From NCBI GenBank assembly GCA_965116875.1, contig OZ220733.1:2784001-2848000 (forward strand): 64,000 nucleotides of DNA. Reading direction: 5' to 3'. The notes below the pieces were generated by a model that searched no databases, was not told where the DNA came from, and saw only the letters and a list, made by a program, of their open reading frames with translations. The position numbers and the translations under genes are program-made. Positions 28,543 through 38,388 of the stretch are shown here, piece after piece; the stretch's first letter is position 1, and each line of letters begins with the position of its first letter. The stretch is from Candidatus Latescibacterota bacterium. GTDB taxonomy: Bacteria; Latescibacterota; UBA2968; GCA-2709665.

Positions 28543-31500
28543 ATGAGATCGGATCAGGGGTCGGTCGGACTGAAAGTCGACAAATTGAAGGACATGCACC
28601 TGGAGACGGTACTCGCGGCCGGCGGCCAACCCGGCGGGAAGATTGTCATCGGGGACAGCCCGGCGCAACGGCGTCCGGCAGACCGGATCGTCGAACGGAT
28701 CGAAGAAACCACGGGCGCCCGTCTGCCGGTCGTCCGTGCCGGCGGGGTGTCGGCTGCAAGGGGGCTGCTCGATTCGCACGTTGTTGCCCTGGGGAATATG
28801 GCCGACAATCCCTTTATCCGCTGGCTGTATTACCAGTGGTGGGCCATTGAGGACCTTTGCTATCCCGGTGCGGGAGGGTACGCGCTGCGGACGCTTCACA
28901 ACCTGCTGGGAAACGGTAAGAACGTCGTCCTGCTTGGCGCCGGCGACGAAGCCGGACTGGATCGCGCCGCGTCGGGGTTTCTTGCAAGAGTCGGAACGGG
29001 TACGAGTGTGCGCTTTGGATGGCTGATGGACGTTGAGTTGGGCCCTGCCTTCGATTCACTCGAACATCCGAAGGACGGCTGGCTGGACGAGCGGCGCGAG
29101 GACTACCTCCGGCAGGTCAGCCAGCCGCACGCCTCGAAGGCCGGTGCGGGGCACGGGATGGTCACCGAGGCGGGAAGGCAGGGGTTTGCGTATCACCGGA
29201 CGGGATACGAGGTCCATGCGAAGGCGTTGCGCGAAGCGGTGGATGCGCACCTGAAGATGGGTGAGCACGGCGTGATGGCGCATTTTAACGTCTGGTGGCT
29301 GGCGGTGATCTGGGAGTTGATCGAGGAAAGTCCGGTTTTTTCGGATGAGGACCGCCTGCGGATCACGCGCTATCTGCTGTGGCTGATGGATTCGCACGAA
29401 GGCGCGTATAACAGATTTTTTCGTGAGGGCGTGGGCCACCGGATGTTGCGGCAGAACCACCAGACGCTGGTGGGCCTGTCGTCATGGTTCGCGGGCCGGT
29501 ACTTCGCCACGCATTACGGGATGCCGGAGGCAAGGGAGTGGCAGGAGGCATCCGCGGACCTGTTCAAGGGGCAGGCGGCATCGTTCAAGCCCACCGAGGA
29601 CGCGAATGCCTACCAGTGGACGACGCTGGACCATCTCCTGACCTATACGATGGCCAGCGGGGACGAGACGTACATTGAAAACGGCAACTGCCGGCGGTCG
29701 CTGGACCAGGCGGTGATGTACTGCAACAACCGGGGAGCCATGCCGCCCTTCGGCGATTCCGGGGGATGCCAGGTGCCGCCGCCTGCGAGTTTCCTGGCGA
29801 AGGCGGGACACGTGCTGCGGGACGGACGCGCTGAATTTCTCATTCGCTCACATTCGGACCGGGTGTCGCTCATCCATGGATTCGAGAAATATTTCGGCGA
29901 CGGCCTGGCGCCCGAAACCCCATCGGAAATGGCGGGCGTGCGGGTGCTGGAGGTTGCGAACGGCTTCTACGACTTCGCCACGGACCCGAAGGCGCGGCCG
30001 TCGGAGGTGAAGCCCCTGAACCTGCCTCGTGACGAGGCCTTCGACACGGTGTGTTTTCGCGAGGGGTTCAACCGGGACGACCAGTACCTGATGATCCACG
30101 GGATCTCGTACGGCAACCACGGGCACGACGACGGAAACACGATCGTGGAATTTTCGGCGAATGACCGGGTGTTTCTGGTGGATGCCTCCTACACGGAGGG
30201 CCCTACCCTGAAACATCACAACGGGGTGACGGCGGTACGGAACGGGGAGCCGTGGGAGGTGCCCGCCCTGTGCAGTCTGGATCGCGTGGCGGACCTGGAC
30301 CGGACGGGCATGAGCCGGACCTCGATGGATGGGAAATGGGGAGCGCGATGGACAAGAAACGTGGTCTGGCTCAAGGGGCGTTTCTTCGTGGTCATCGATG
30401 AGGTTGAGGCCACGGAGGCCGGGACGTTCGCGCTGGAATGCAACTGGCGGTCGCTGGGGACGCCGACGCTGCATGGGGATCGGCTGGAGACCGTGCAGAG
30501 GGACCCGGACAGCGGGCGGGAGGACCGGTTTGTCCTGGAAGGCGCCGGAGGAGACCGGGTGACGATGGAGCGGGACTGGGAGGCCTTCGGGCACTGGTGG
30601 AAGGACTATCCGTATTCGGATGATTTCGTCAATATCCTGCGCCAAACCGTCAGCCGGGGGATGTCCGCGGGCGACCGGCACACGTTCATCAATCTGTTCT
30701 ACGCGTCAAACGATGCGAAACCGCTGGACGTACGGATGCGGCGCGTCGGAGAGACCGCGGTCCTGATCGAAGGATCGGAGGGGCGAATGCTCATCGGGAC
30801 CGGCGGCGCGGATGGTTCGTTTGCGGTTGGCCCGATTTCGGGAAGTGCAGACGTGTACGCGATCGGAGAGGGGTGGTTCGCCCTGCTCGGAGGCACGTTG
30901 TTGCGCGGAGACGCAACGCTTTTCGAGAGCGACGCGGCGGTGTCCGTCGAGTTGGACATGGAATCCGGCGAAGGTGTGCCGACTGCGCTGTGGAGACTTC
31001 CCGAATGGCGTCCCGATGGCGGATCGGCCATCCGCAAGGGTTCGGCGCCGTCCCTTCGTCCCGTATGGTCACATGACTTCGGGTCCGCGGTTCGATGCGC
31101 GGCGGGCAGGGGAGAGGGCGTGGTTGCGGGGACGCAGGACGGGCGCGTGGTTGCGCTGTCACGGGAAGGAGAAACCGATTGGACGTTCCGGGCCGGGGAC
31201 GCGGTGTTGTCGGTGTGCGCGGCGGGGCGGGACGGGGACGCGGGCACTCCGGTGGCGGCCGGCGCCAATGACCGGTGTCTCTACTACCTGGATGGCGAAG
31301 GCGCCGTGCAATGGTCCCACGAGTTCGAAATCTTCCGGGGCGGATGGGCGTGGTATACCCGGAATTCCTCCGTCGAGCTTGTCAAGGCGGCTGACCTTCG
31401 CGGCACCGGGCGGCCGGATATCCTGGCGGCGGTCACCGACCGGCAACTTCACTGTTTCGACGCGGACGGCAACAAGCGCTGGAATTTCTTCATCTACGGG

Positions 31501-32139
31501 ATCTTCGACCCGTTCTGCACGGCGGACGTGGACGGAGACGGACTTCCTGAAGTGATCGGCGGGCCCGGCAGGATTTCATGCGGCGGGACCTGCTACGTGT
31601 TGGATGCGGATGGAAATGCAATCGCGGAAAACGGGCTGGACGGGTGGCCGTCGATGCTGCCCGGGTGCGACGTGTATCTGTACGGGAACGGCGACAATCT
31701 GATCGCGTGCGGAACGACCCGATCGAAGGTGCACGCGCTGAGGCTCGACGGCCAGAAGCTGGCGTCCCTGTGGACGCGGGAGGTGGGCGAAGAGGTGCAT
31801 GCGGTTGCCGCGGTGGACCTGGACGGCAACGGGAAGCCCCAGGTGGCGGCAGGGGCGGACTGTTACTACCTCTACCTGTTCGACGAAAACGGCATCGAGC
31901 GATGGCGGCGCAACCTGGAGGCCCCTGTGCGTCGGCTGTTTGGCATCGACGTGAATCAGGACGGCGCGCCGGAGATCGTCGCCGGGTGTGAAGACGGGAG
32001 CGTCCGGATCCTGGACGGAGACGGGCGCACCCTCGCTCTCCACCGCACAGAGTCAAAGATCCACGCCCTGTCGCCGCACGAGGACGGCCGCCTTCTGCTC
32101 GGATGTTCGGACGGAACCCTCTCGATGCTGGGGCTGTGA
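28543..32139 (+). CDS. Heparinase II/III-like lyase-fold protein with C-terminal FG-GAP/PQQ-like beta-propeller
   Basis: RQNHQ, PPFGDS, NHGHDDGN, HHNGV; FG-GAP repeats; GGGAGG RBS before ATG 28543. Confidence 0.75.
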   Translation: MRSDQGSVGLKVDKLKDMHLETVLAAGGQPGGKIVIGDSPAQRRPADRIVERIEETTGARLPVVRAGGVSAARGLLDSHVVALGNMADNPFIRWLYYQWWAIEDLCYPGAGGYALRTLHNLLGNGKNVVLLGAGDEAGLDRAASGFLARVGTGTSVRFGWLMDVELGPAFDSLEHPKDGWLDERREDYLRQVSQPHASKAGAGHGMVTEAGRQGFAYHRTGYEVHAKALREAVDAHLKMGEHGVMAHFNVWWLAVIWELIEESPVFSDEDRLRITRYLLWLMDSHEGAYNRFFREGVGHRMLRQNHQTLVGLSSWFAGRYFATHYGMPEAREWQEASADLFKGQAASFKPTEDANAYQWTTLDHLLTYTMASGDETYIENGNCRRSLDQAVMYCNNRGAMPPFGDSGGCQVPPPASFLAKAGHVLRDGRAEFLIRSHSDRVSLIHGFEKYFGDGLAPETPSEMAGVRVLEVANGFYDFATDPKARPSEVKPLNLPRDEAFDTVCFREGFNRDDQYLMIHGISYGNHGHDDGNTIVEFSANDRVFLVDASYTEGPTLKHHNGVTAVRNGEPWEVPALCSLDRVADLDRTGMSRTSMDGKWGARWTRNVVWLKGRFFVVIDEVEATEAGTFALECNWRSLGTPTLHGDRLETVQRDPDSGREDRFVLEGAGGDRVTMERDWEAFGHWWKDYPYSDDFVNILRQTVSRGMSAGDRHTFINLFYASNDAKPLDVRMRRVGETAVLIEGSEGRMLIGTGGADGSFAVGPISGSADVYAIGEGWFALLGGTLLRGDATLFESDAAVSVELDMESGEGVPTALWRLPEWRPDGGSAIRKGSAPSLRPVWSHDFGSAVRCAAGRGEGVVAGTQDGRVVALSREGETDWTFRAGDAVLSVCAAGRDGDAGTPVAAGANDRCLYYLDGEGAVQWSHEFEIFRGGWAWYTRNSSVELVKAADLRGTGRPDILAAVTDRQLHCFDADGNKRWNFFIYGIFDPFCTADVDGDGLPEVIGGPGRISCGGTCYVLDADGNAIAENGLDGWPSMLPGCDVYLYGNGDNLIACGTTRSKVHALRLDGQKLASLWTREVGEEVHAVAAVDLDGNGKPQVAAGADCYYLYLFDENGIERWRRNLEAPVRRLFGIDVNQDGAPEIVAGCEDGSVRILDGDGRTLALHRTESKIHALSPHEDGRLLLGCSDGTLSMLGL

Positions 32140-32215
32140 TTGCGGCGATCTTCGCGACGTTTTCGACCTGCTGTATACATAAAGCCCTGGAATACGCCTT
32201 CTTCAGGAGATCCTT

Positions 32216-33208
32216 ATGTCGAATCCACTGCGTGTCGGGCTGGTCGGTTGCGGCGGCCAGACCCGCATGAATCTCGCACCGGCTCTCTCCCGGATCGATT
32301 CCGCCCGGCTTGTTTCGTGTGCGGACGTGGACGAGACCAGGGCCCGACAGGTGGCTGACGCCTTCGGGATCGAAACGGTACACGATTCTGTGGCGGAAGT
32401 CACGGAGAGCGCGGACGTGGACGCGGTGGTCGTGGCGGTCCCCCACCGGTTCCTCAAGGACGTCGCGCTGTCCGCCATCGGCGCCGGGAAGCACGTCTTT
32501 ATCGAGAAACCCATGGGACTCAATGCCGCGGAGGGGGCCGAGGTGGTGGATGCCGCGGAAAGCCGGGGCGTGGTGGCCATGGTGGGCTATTGCATGCGCT
32601 ACTCTCTCAGCCGGATGTTCATCAAGTCCCTGCTGGATCGCGGCGTTGTGGGAGACGTCAGCTTCGTGGCGGCCGGCAAGGGCGGCGGCCCATTGGGAGG
32701 GTGGCTCGGGGGGCCGTACGCGGAAGGCGGCGGTCAACTTCTCTTTCTGGGCTCCCACCTCACCGACCAGGTACTGTGGATGACGGGCGATGACGCCGAG
32801 TCGGTGTCCGGAACCGTGAGATGGAATGCGGGAGGGACGGACGAGACGTCGGCCTATACCGTGCGCCTGAAAGGCGGCGCCGTCGCGACGTTTTCCGTCT
32901 CCCAGGCATCCGGCGTCGGGTACGATTTCGTAGACGTGTATGGTACCCGCGGGCGGGTTCGGGGGGACTGGAAAGGCGACGTTGTGACGGTTGAGAGCCG
33001 GGTGATCCCTGAGTACGCCCACCCAACGGTCCTGCGCATTCCCGGCGACAATCTCGAAGAGATGTGCTACCGGGAACTGGCCGCGTTCGTCGAGGCGACA
33101 AACTCGGGAGCACGTGCTCCCATTCCGATGTCGGACGGTCTTCGTGTGCTCCGGATCCTGGATGCCGTGGTCGCGTCGTCCAATACGGAGAGCTGGATCG
33201 ACGTCTAG
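32216..33208 (+). CDS. Gfo/Idh/MocA family oxidoreductase
   Basis: RVGLVGCGG, HVFIEKP, GGGQLLFLGSH. Confidence 0.9.
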   Translation: MSNPLRVGLVGCGGQTRMNLAPALSRIDSARLVSCADVDETRARQVADAFGIETVHDSVAEVTESADVDAVVVAVPHRFLKDVALSAIGAGKHVFIEKPMGLNAAEGAEVVDAAESRGVVAMVGYCMRYSLSRMFIKSLLDRGVVGDVSFVAAGKGGGPLGGWLGGPYAEGGGQLLFLGSHLTDQVLWMTGDDAESVSGTVRWNAGGTDETSAYTVRLKGGAVATFSVSQASGVGYDFVDVYGTRGRVRGDWKGDVVTVESRVIPEYAHPTVLRIPGDNLEEMCYRELAAFVEATNSGARAPIPMSDGLRVLRILDAVVASSNTESWIDV

Positions 33209-33393
33209 CGTACGTGCGGTTTCAATTCTCAACGCCAAAAGGCGGGAAGACGCGAGACGGAAGACGGTAGAAGAAATCCTTGCCCCGTCTGCTCTTCCTC
33301 GTTGCCTGCGGTCTGAACTGAAACCTCACAGGGCAGGGGAATGGGGGACGTAAAGGGGGTGGGGGAGGCGCTACGTCAATCAAGGATATTTAC

Positions 33394-34632
33394 GTGCCAG
33401 CCACAGTGCAGAACCGATGGAAAAATCACGCGGTGACCCGCCCGAATCCGGACGGAGAACCGGCTGAACTCCCCGCCCGTTCGCAGATCGTGACCGAGAG
33501 TTGGAACCGGGTGGTGGCGGTGCCCCATATCGTCTATATGCCGGAAATGGACCGGGTGCTGATGCTGGTGAGTTGCGACTATCCCGGCAGCCCGTGGGTC
33601 CACTACGCCATGGTCCTGTTCAGCGGCGACGCAGGCGCGACGTGGAGCGCGCCCCGGTACGTCCACACCGACGCGAAGGGCAATCCCGCCTGCGGGCTCG
33701 GCCACGCGCTGACTTATCTGGGCGAGGGCAGGTTGATGATGTACTCCTGCCATCCGCCGGTGAGGTGGTTCAGCGCCGATTACGGGGAGACCTGGGGCGA
33801 CACCGTGCCCGTGGAGCCGGCGCCGGGCGGGAGAACGTGGATGGCCTGGGATCCGGTTCTCGTGGACAGGGATCCCCAGACGGGATGCGTGAGGCGCCTG
33901 ATGGAAACGGGCTATTGGGGCGATTCCGTGACCATGGACTCCCAGGCCTACGTCAGATTCAGCACAGACGGGGGACGAACATGGACCGGCGCACGTCACG
34001 TACCGGAATTTGAAGGCATCAACGAGGTTTGCCCGGTTCGGGCCGTGAACGGCGATATCGTCGCGACCTGCAGGACCGATCCACCCGAGGCCTGTAAAAG
34101 CCTGCAGTTCGATCACTACGAAGGTTTCGGGATTTCCATCTCACGAGATAACGGTTACACGTGGAGTGAAGTCCAACAACTCTACGACTGGGGGCGGCAT
34201 CACGCCAGCACGGCGCTTTTGCCGTGTGGCTACGTTGTGGCTACGTACGTGGTTCGCCTGGGCTATCCCGACACTGCGGAAGGGTTCCCCCGGTTCGGCA
34301 TCGAGGCGGTCGTGAGCGATGACAACGGCCGTACGTGGGACCTGGACCGCCGGTATGTCCTCGCCAAATGGACAGGAAACAGGAAGGGCTCGCCATCGCC
34401 CGAGGGCAAACTGCGCTCCGGCGGCTGGCACGCCAGCCCCCATACGACGTCTTCGGTTGTGCTTCCCGACGGTTCGATTCTCACCGCCTACGGGACGGGC
34501 TATCGCCAGCGGGACGATGCGTTTGGGCCAGGGCTGTACGGTCCGCGAGACGTGGGTCTGATAAACTGGAACATCGAGACGAGACAAGGTCGAAACTCCG
34601 CCGGTATCGGCGCATATCATCAGGACCATTGA
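33394..34632 (+). CDS. Sialidase-like BNR/Asp-box beta-propeller protein
   Basis: Five Asp boxes: SGDAGATW, SADYGETW, STDGGRTW, SRDNGYTW, SDDNGRTW. Confidence 0.85.
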   Translation: MPATVQNRWKNHAVTRPNPDGEPAELPARSQIVTESWNRVVAVPHIVYMPEMDRVLMLVSCDYPGSPWVHYAMVLFSGDAGATWSAPRYVHTDAKGNPACGLGHALTYLGEGRLMMYSCHPPVRWFSADYGETWGDTVPVEPAPGGRTWMAWDPVLVDRDPQTGCVRRLMETGYWGDSVTMDSQAYVRFSTDGGRTWTGARHVPEFEGINEVCPVRAVNGDIVATCRTDPPEACKSLQFDHYEGFGISISRDNGYTWSEVQQLYDWGRHHASTALLPCGYVVATYVVRLGYPDTAEGFPRFGIEAVVSDDNGRTWDLDRRYVLAKWTGNRKGSPSPEGKLRSGGWHASPHTTSSVVLPDGSILTAYGTGYRQRDDAFGPGLYGPRDVGLINWNIETRQGRNSAGIGAYHQDH

Positions 34633-34663
34633 ACAGGCGTTGGACACAGCGAAAGGGGCGGGT

Positions 34664-35434
34664 ATGATCACCGATCAACAGGTCGAATTCTTCAGGACGT
34701 TCGGCTTTCTTCCGCTCCGGGAGGCGTTCAGCCCGGAGGAGATGGCCCCGATCGTCCGTACTTTCGACGACATGCTGGAGAAGGACCGGGAAGGTCAACG
34801 TTTTCCGGGTGAAAAACGCCAGGCCCTGTATGGAATCGCGGAGCGCCATCCGCTGCTGACGGAACTCGCCGGGGACGACCGCATCCATTCGACGGTGGAA
34901 CGCCTGCTGGGGCCGGGGTTTCACTGGCTCTGCTCCGAGGGCAATCTGTACGTGGGCGAAACGGAATGGCACCCCGACGGCAGCCGGCTGAACTTTCCCC
35001 CGATGAAGGTCTCGCTCTATCTGGATACCCTCACGCGAAGCAGCGGCTGTCTGAGGGTGATCCCCGGGTCGCACCGTCTCCCGCTTCACGAGGCGCTGAG
35101 GCCCATCGAAAAACTGGGCGTACCCGGCGCGGACGTACCGTGCCACTTTCTGGAGTCAAATCCTGGCGACGTTTTGTTCCTCAACATGAACATCTGGCAT
35201 GCGGCGTACGGCGGCGCGGTGGGACGACGCCACCTGGCATTGAATTTCGTACCGGAAGCCACGGAGCCCGAGCACGTGGAGATCATGGAAAGGAACCACC
35301 GCGTCCTGATCGACCTGATGGCGCGGTTCCAGTACAGCCAGCCGGGTCGGGCGTTCACCGACGAATTCCTGAACAGCGAAAGGCCGCGCATCCGCCGGAT
35401 GGCTTCAAAATGGGTGGAACTCGGTTTACAATAG
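34664..35434 (+). CDS. PhyH-family Fe(II)/2-oxoglutarate dioxygenase
   Basis: FRTFGFL, WHPD, GCLRVIPGSH, PGDVLF, WH. Confidence 0.9.
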   Translation: MITDQQVEFFRTFGFLPLREAFSPEEMAPIVRTFDDMLEKDREGQRFPGEKRQALYGIAERHPLLTELAGDDRIHSTVERLLGPGFHWLCSEGNLYVGETEWHPDGSRLNFPPMKVSLYLDTLTRSSGCLRVIPGSHRLPLHEALRPIEKLGVPGADVPCHFLESNPGDVLFLNMNIWHAAYGGAVGRRHLALNFVPEATEPEHVEIMERNHRVLIDLMARFQYSQPGRAFTDEFLNSERPRIRRMASKWVELGLQ

Positions 35435-35485
35435 GGTTCTGTTCCGGAGACTCGTTTCCGGGACGGGACACGGAGGATAGCGGCG

Positions 35486-36499
35486 ATGTCCGGAGGTGCC
35501 GGAATGCGCAAGATGATCCGCGTTTCCGAGAGGGACGGATTCAACAGGAGAAATTTCCCGTGCTCGACAAAGCTGGACTTCAGGCCCGGTGAATTCATCG
35601 CAGACGCATCGGCGAGGATGCTGGATACGGAAGGTGAACCCCGGCCCGTGCAGGTGGACCCCCGGGAGACGTGGGACGACGACAGCGTGAAGACCGCGGA
35701 GGTCTCGTTTTCTGCGCGCCTCCCCGCCGGAGGAGAGGAAGTCCTTGCGTTCGAGTACGGAGAGGGGACGCCGCCGCCTCCGCGGCAGCCGAACCCGATC
35801 AGAGTTCGCGATCGGAAAGACCGGATCGAAGTGCAGCAGGGGCCGGTGATCTACCAGGTGCGGAAGTGGCGTTTCAACTTTGTGGAGAACGTGATTTTCG
35901 ACGGCAGGGCATTTCACGGTCCGGGAGCGCCCGGGCCGGCGCTTCTCCGCAAGGACGGCAGGATCCTGTTTCCATCCGGGGAGGTCCTGATCGACGTCGA
36001 GACGCGGGGTCCCCGGTCGGCCCGCCTGCGGGTGGACGGGACCTACGGCGGCGGGTACGGGTTTGTCGCGTATCTGACCTTTTATTCGGGGGTTTCCTGG
36101 TTCCGCGCGGAACACGAGGTCGTGTCGGGCGATGTGTCGCAGATTGCGACAGTTGTCGTCGAAAACACCTTCAACCTGCCGGACGCGCCGCTCGTCTCCG
36201 CGTTCGGCGCACGCCAACGGGCCGACGGCGAGGGCACGAGTTGGGCCGTGGTTACGGACAATACGGCAACCGTGGACGTCGCCGCCGTCGGCGCATGGTC
36301 CGGGAGGGGATCCGTGCGCTACGAAGTCGAAGCCAGCGGACGCTTCCGGACGGTGTTTCCATCCGCCGGGGAACCCGGCGTCTTCTACGTACACTACCTG
36401 ACGACCCCGCCGATGGACCATCGCCACACGCCGGCAGCCGCAATGGCGACGGACCTGGAATGCCGGGTCATCCTGGATCCCGATCCGGAGAAGCCGTGA
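35486..36499 (+). CDS. Hypothetical all-beta protein, resembling N-terminal domains of some rhamnogalacturonan-lyase-like proteins
   Basis: PVQV...WDDDSVK motif and VETRGP. Strong RBS; alternative start at 35504. Stop overlaps the next start (GTGA). Confidence 0.55.
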   Translation: MSGGAGMRKMIRVSERDGFNRRNFPCSTKLDFRPGEFIADASARMLDTEGEPRPVQVDPRETWDDDSVKTAEVSFSARLPAGGEEVLAFEYGEGTPPPPRQPNPIRVRDRKDRIEVQQGPVIYQVRKWRFNFVENVIFDGRAFHGPGAPGPALLRKDGRILFPSGEVLIDVETRGPRSARLRVDGTYGGGYGFVAYLTFYSGVSWFRAEHEVVSGDVSQIATVVVENTFNLPDAPLVSAFGARQRADGEGTSWAVVTDNTATVDVAAVGAWSGRGSVRYEVEASGRFRTVFPSAGEPGVFYVHYLTTPPMDHRHTPAAAMATDLECRVILDPDPEKP

Positions 36500-37548
36500 G
36501 CGATACGACGTACCGTGTGGGAATCATCGGCTGCGGGCGCATGGCCAGCACGATGGACGGCGAGAAGCGCCGCCAGCCTGGCCGGGTCCCCCAGCCCGGC
36601 GTTCTGGCGGGGGCCTACGGTCAGGTAGCATGCACCGAGGTTGCGGCCGCGGCGGACATCCACGAGGAGAAACTGGCGGATTTTTCGGCCCGCTGGGGCG
36701 TCCGGCGCCTCTATGCCGACTATCGCGAGATGCTGGCGGCGGAAGCCCTGGACATTGTCAGCGTGGCGACGCACGCGCATCTTCACGCCGAGATAACGGT
36801 GGCGGCCGCCGAAGCGGGCGTGAAGGCGGTCCTGTGCGAGAAGGCGATGGCGCCCAGCCTGCCGGAAGCGGACCGGATGATCCAGGCCTGCCGTGAGGCC
36901 GGAACCACGTTGTCGATCCTCTATCACAACCGGTGGGATCCCCTGATGGTCCGCGTGAAAGAACTGGTTGACGAGGGCACGATCGGGGAGCTGATCAGCA
37001 TCGCGGGCAATATGGGTCCCGAACTGGTGCACGAGGCGACACACATGTTCGACCTGATGCGTTTCTGGTCCGGCGATGAGGCGGCTTGGGTATTCGGCCG
37101 GCTGGACGGCGCACGGGAGCCGCACGAAGACCCGGGAGGCAGCGGATACATTCAGTTTCAGAACGGGATGCATGCCTTCGTGAACGCGGTGACCGGATCA
37201 CCTGTGGGGTTCGAGTTCGACCTGGTGGGTACGAGGGGGAGGATCCGGATCGGGTACCACGTGGACGAACTCTGGACCCTGGAGGAAGGCCTTTATGAAG
37301 GACGCGCCCTTCTTGGACGGAAGATCCCCCAGAACATCGAAGCCAGGAGCGGCGTTGTCAAAGCGATCGAGGAACTGGTAACCTGCATCGAAGAGGGGAA
37401 AACGCCTTCGTGCTCGGGCGAGGACGGTCGCAAGGCGCTGGAGATCGCGCTTGCTTTCCACGTTTCCCACCTCGAGGGCGGCGTGAAGGTGGAATTGCCG
37501 CTGCAGGATATCTCTTTGACAGTGACGAATCCGAAGTATTTCAGATAG
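36496..37548 (+). CDS. Gfo/Idh/MocA family oxidoreductase
   Basis: YRVGIIGCGRMA, DIVSVAT, LCEKAMA, HEATHMFD; GTG start coupled to the upstream stop. Confidence 0.9.
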   Translation: MSDTTYRVGIIGCGRMASTMDGEKRRQPGRVPQPGVLAGAYGQVACTEVAAAADIHEEKLADFSARWGVRRLYADYREMLAAEALDIVSVATHAHLHAEITVAAAEAGVKAVLCEKAMAPSLPEADRMIQACREAGTTLSILYHNRWDPLMVRVKELVDEGTIGELISIAGNMGPELVHEATHMFDLMRFWSGDEAAWVFGRLDGAREPHEDPGGSGYIQFQNGMHAFVNAVTGSPVGFEFDLVGTRGRIRIGYHVDELWTLEEGLYEGRALLGRKIPQNIEARSGVVKAIEELVTCIEEGKTPSCSGEDGRKALEIALAFHVSHLEGGVKVELPLQDISLTVTNPKYFR

Positions 37549-37573
37549 GGAAAAGCAGCGATCAGCAGAAGGC

Positions 37574-37598
37574 GGGCGACCACAAGGGTCGCCCCTAC
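37574..37598 (-). repeat. GTAG-family REP hairpin
   Basis: Reverse complement reads GTAG-GGGCGACC-CTTGT-GGTCGCCC. Confidence 0.75.
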
Positions 37599-37636
37599 AT
37601 CTGCATCTTCGGCGCGTTTGATTCCGCGTCATTCGC

Positions 37637-37673
37637 TTGACACGCGATTGTAATATACATACATTGTATGTAT
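37637..37673 (+). promoter_or_regulatory. Sigma70 promoter with overlapping palindromic operator of brnTA
   Basis: TTGACA-17 nt-TACATT. A perfect inverted repeat, atacataca-t-tgtatgtat (37655-37673), covers the -10 and runs into the start codon. Confidence 0.7.
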
Positions 37674-37965
37674 GGAGAGAATCCGGTTTGAATGGGATGT
37701 GCGAAAGGAACGAGCGAATTTCAGGAAACATCGGGTCTCGTTCGAAGAAGCGCGGACAGCCTTCTACGATGAAAACTCAGTTCAATTCTTCGACCCCGAT
37801 CATTCAGAAGATGAAGACCGGTTCCTGCTCCTGGGGATGAGTCTCAAACTGCGTGTGCTTGTTGTCTGCCATTGTTTTCGAAAGAGTGAAACGAGCGTAC
37901 GCATCATCTCCGCTCGAAAGGCCAATAAGACCGAAGAACTTGACTACTGGAGGAGACGCTCATGA
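37672..37965 (+). CDS. brnT: BrnT family ribonuclease toxin
   Basis: FEWD..K...N..KH.VSFEEA, HSEDEDRF..LG, RIISARKA. Confidence 0.95.
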   Translation: MERIRFEWDVRKERANFRKHRVSFEEARTAFYDENSVQFFDPDHSEDEDRFLLLGMSLKLRVLVVCHCFRKSETSVRIISARKANKTEELDYWRRRS

Positions 37966-38180
37966 GAGACCACTATGATTTCTCAGAGATGAAGGGACGC
38001 AAGAATCCCTATATCAAGCATCTGAAGCAGCCAGTTACCATGCGGCTCGATCGGGACACGGTCACCTATTTCAAGGATATGGCGGCGGAAGCGGGCATTC
38101 CATACCAGACCTTGATCAATCTTTACCTTCGCGATTGCGCGGTCCATAAACGAAAGCTGCAGATGAAATGGGCTACGTAG
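37962..38180 (+). CDS. brnA: BrnA-like (RHH) antitoxin
   Basis: YDFS, KQPVTMRLD....YFK, IPYQTLINLYL; ATGA overlap with the toxin gene. Confidence 0.9.
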   Translation: MRDHYDFSEMKGRKNPYIKHLKQPVTMRLDRDTVTYFKDMAAEAGIPYQTLINLYLRDCAVHKRKLQMKWAT

Positions 38181-38222
38181 CGTCGCGAATCAAAGGAAGC
38201 GATCAGCTTTCAGCCGGTTTTC

Positions 38223-38250
38223 GTAGGGGCGACCGGCCGGTCGCCCCTGC
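38223..38250 (+). repeat. GTAG-family REP palindrome
   Basis: gtaggggcgaccggccggtcgcccctgc; near-identical to 54427-54458. Confidence 0.75.
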
Positions 38251-38388
38251 AAATGCCGCAACGTCACAAGACCTTGTGCAACCTCTTACATTGGTCCCTC
38301 GCCCCAACGGGAGGGAGAGGAAAACCAATGGATTCGCAAATGCCGCCTGGCGGTCGTATCTGCAAGGTTGCACGAAAGGAGTTACAGG

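Noticed and set aside
33219-33246. GTTTCAATTCTC... resembling a CRISPR repeat end
   Set aside because: Single copy, no spacer periodicity, no cas genes.
35671-36495. Long N-terminal extension of the 625-aa ORF
   Set aside because: It overlaps 35486..36499 in another frame and is low-complexity Arg/Gly-rich. The oxidoreductase begins at GTG 36496.
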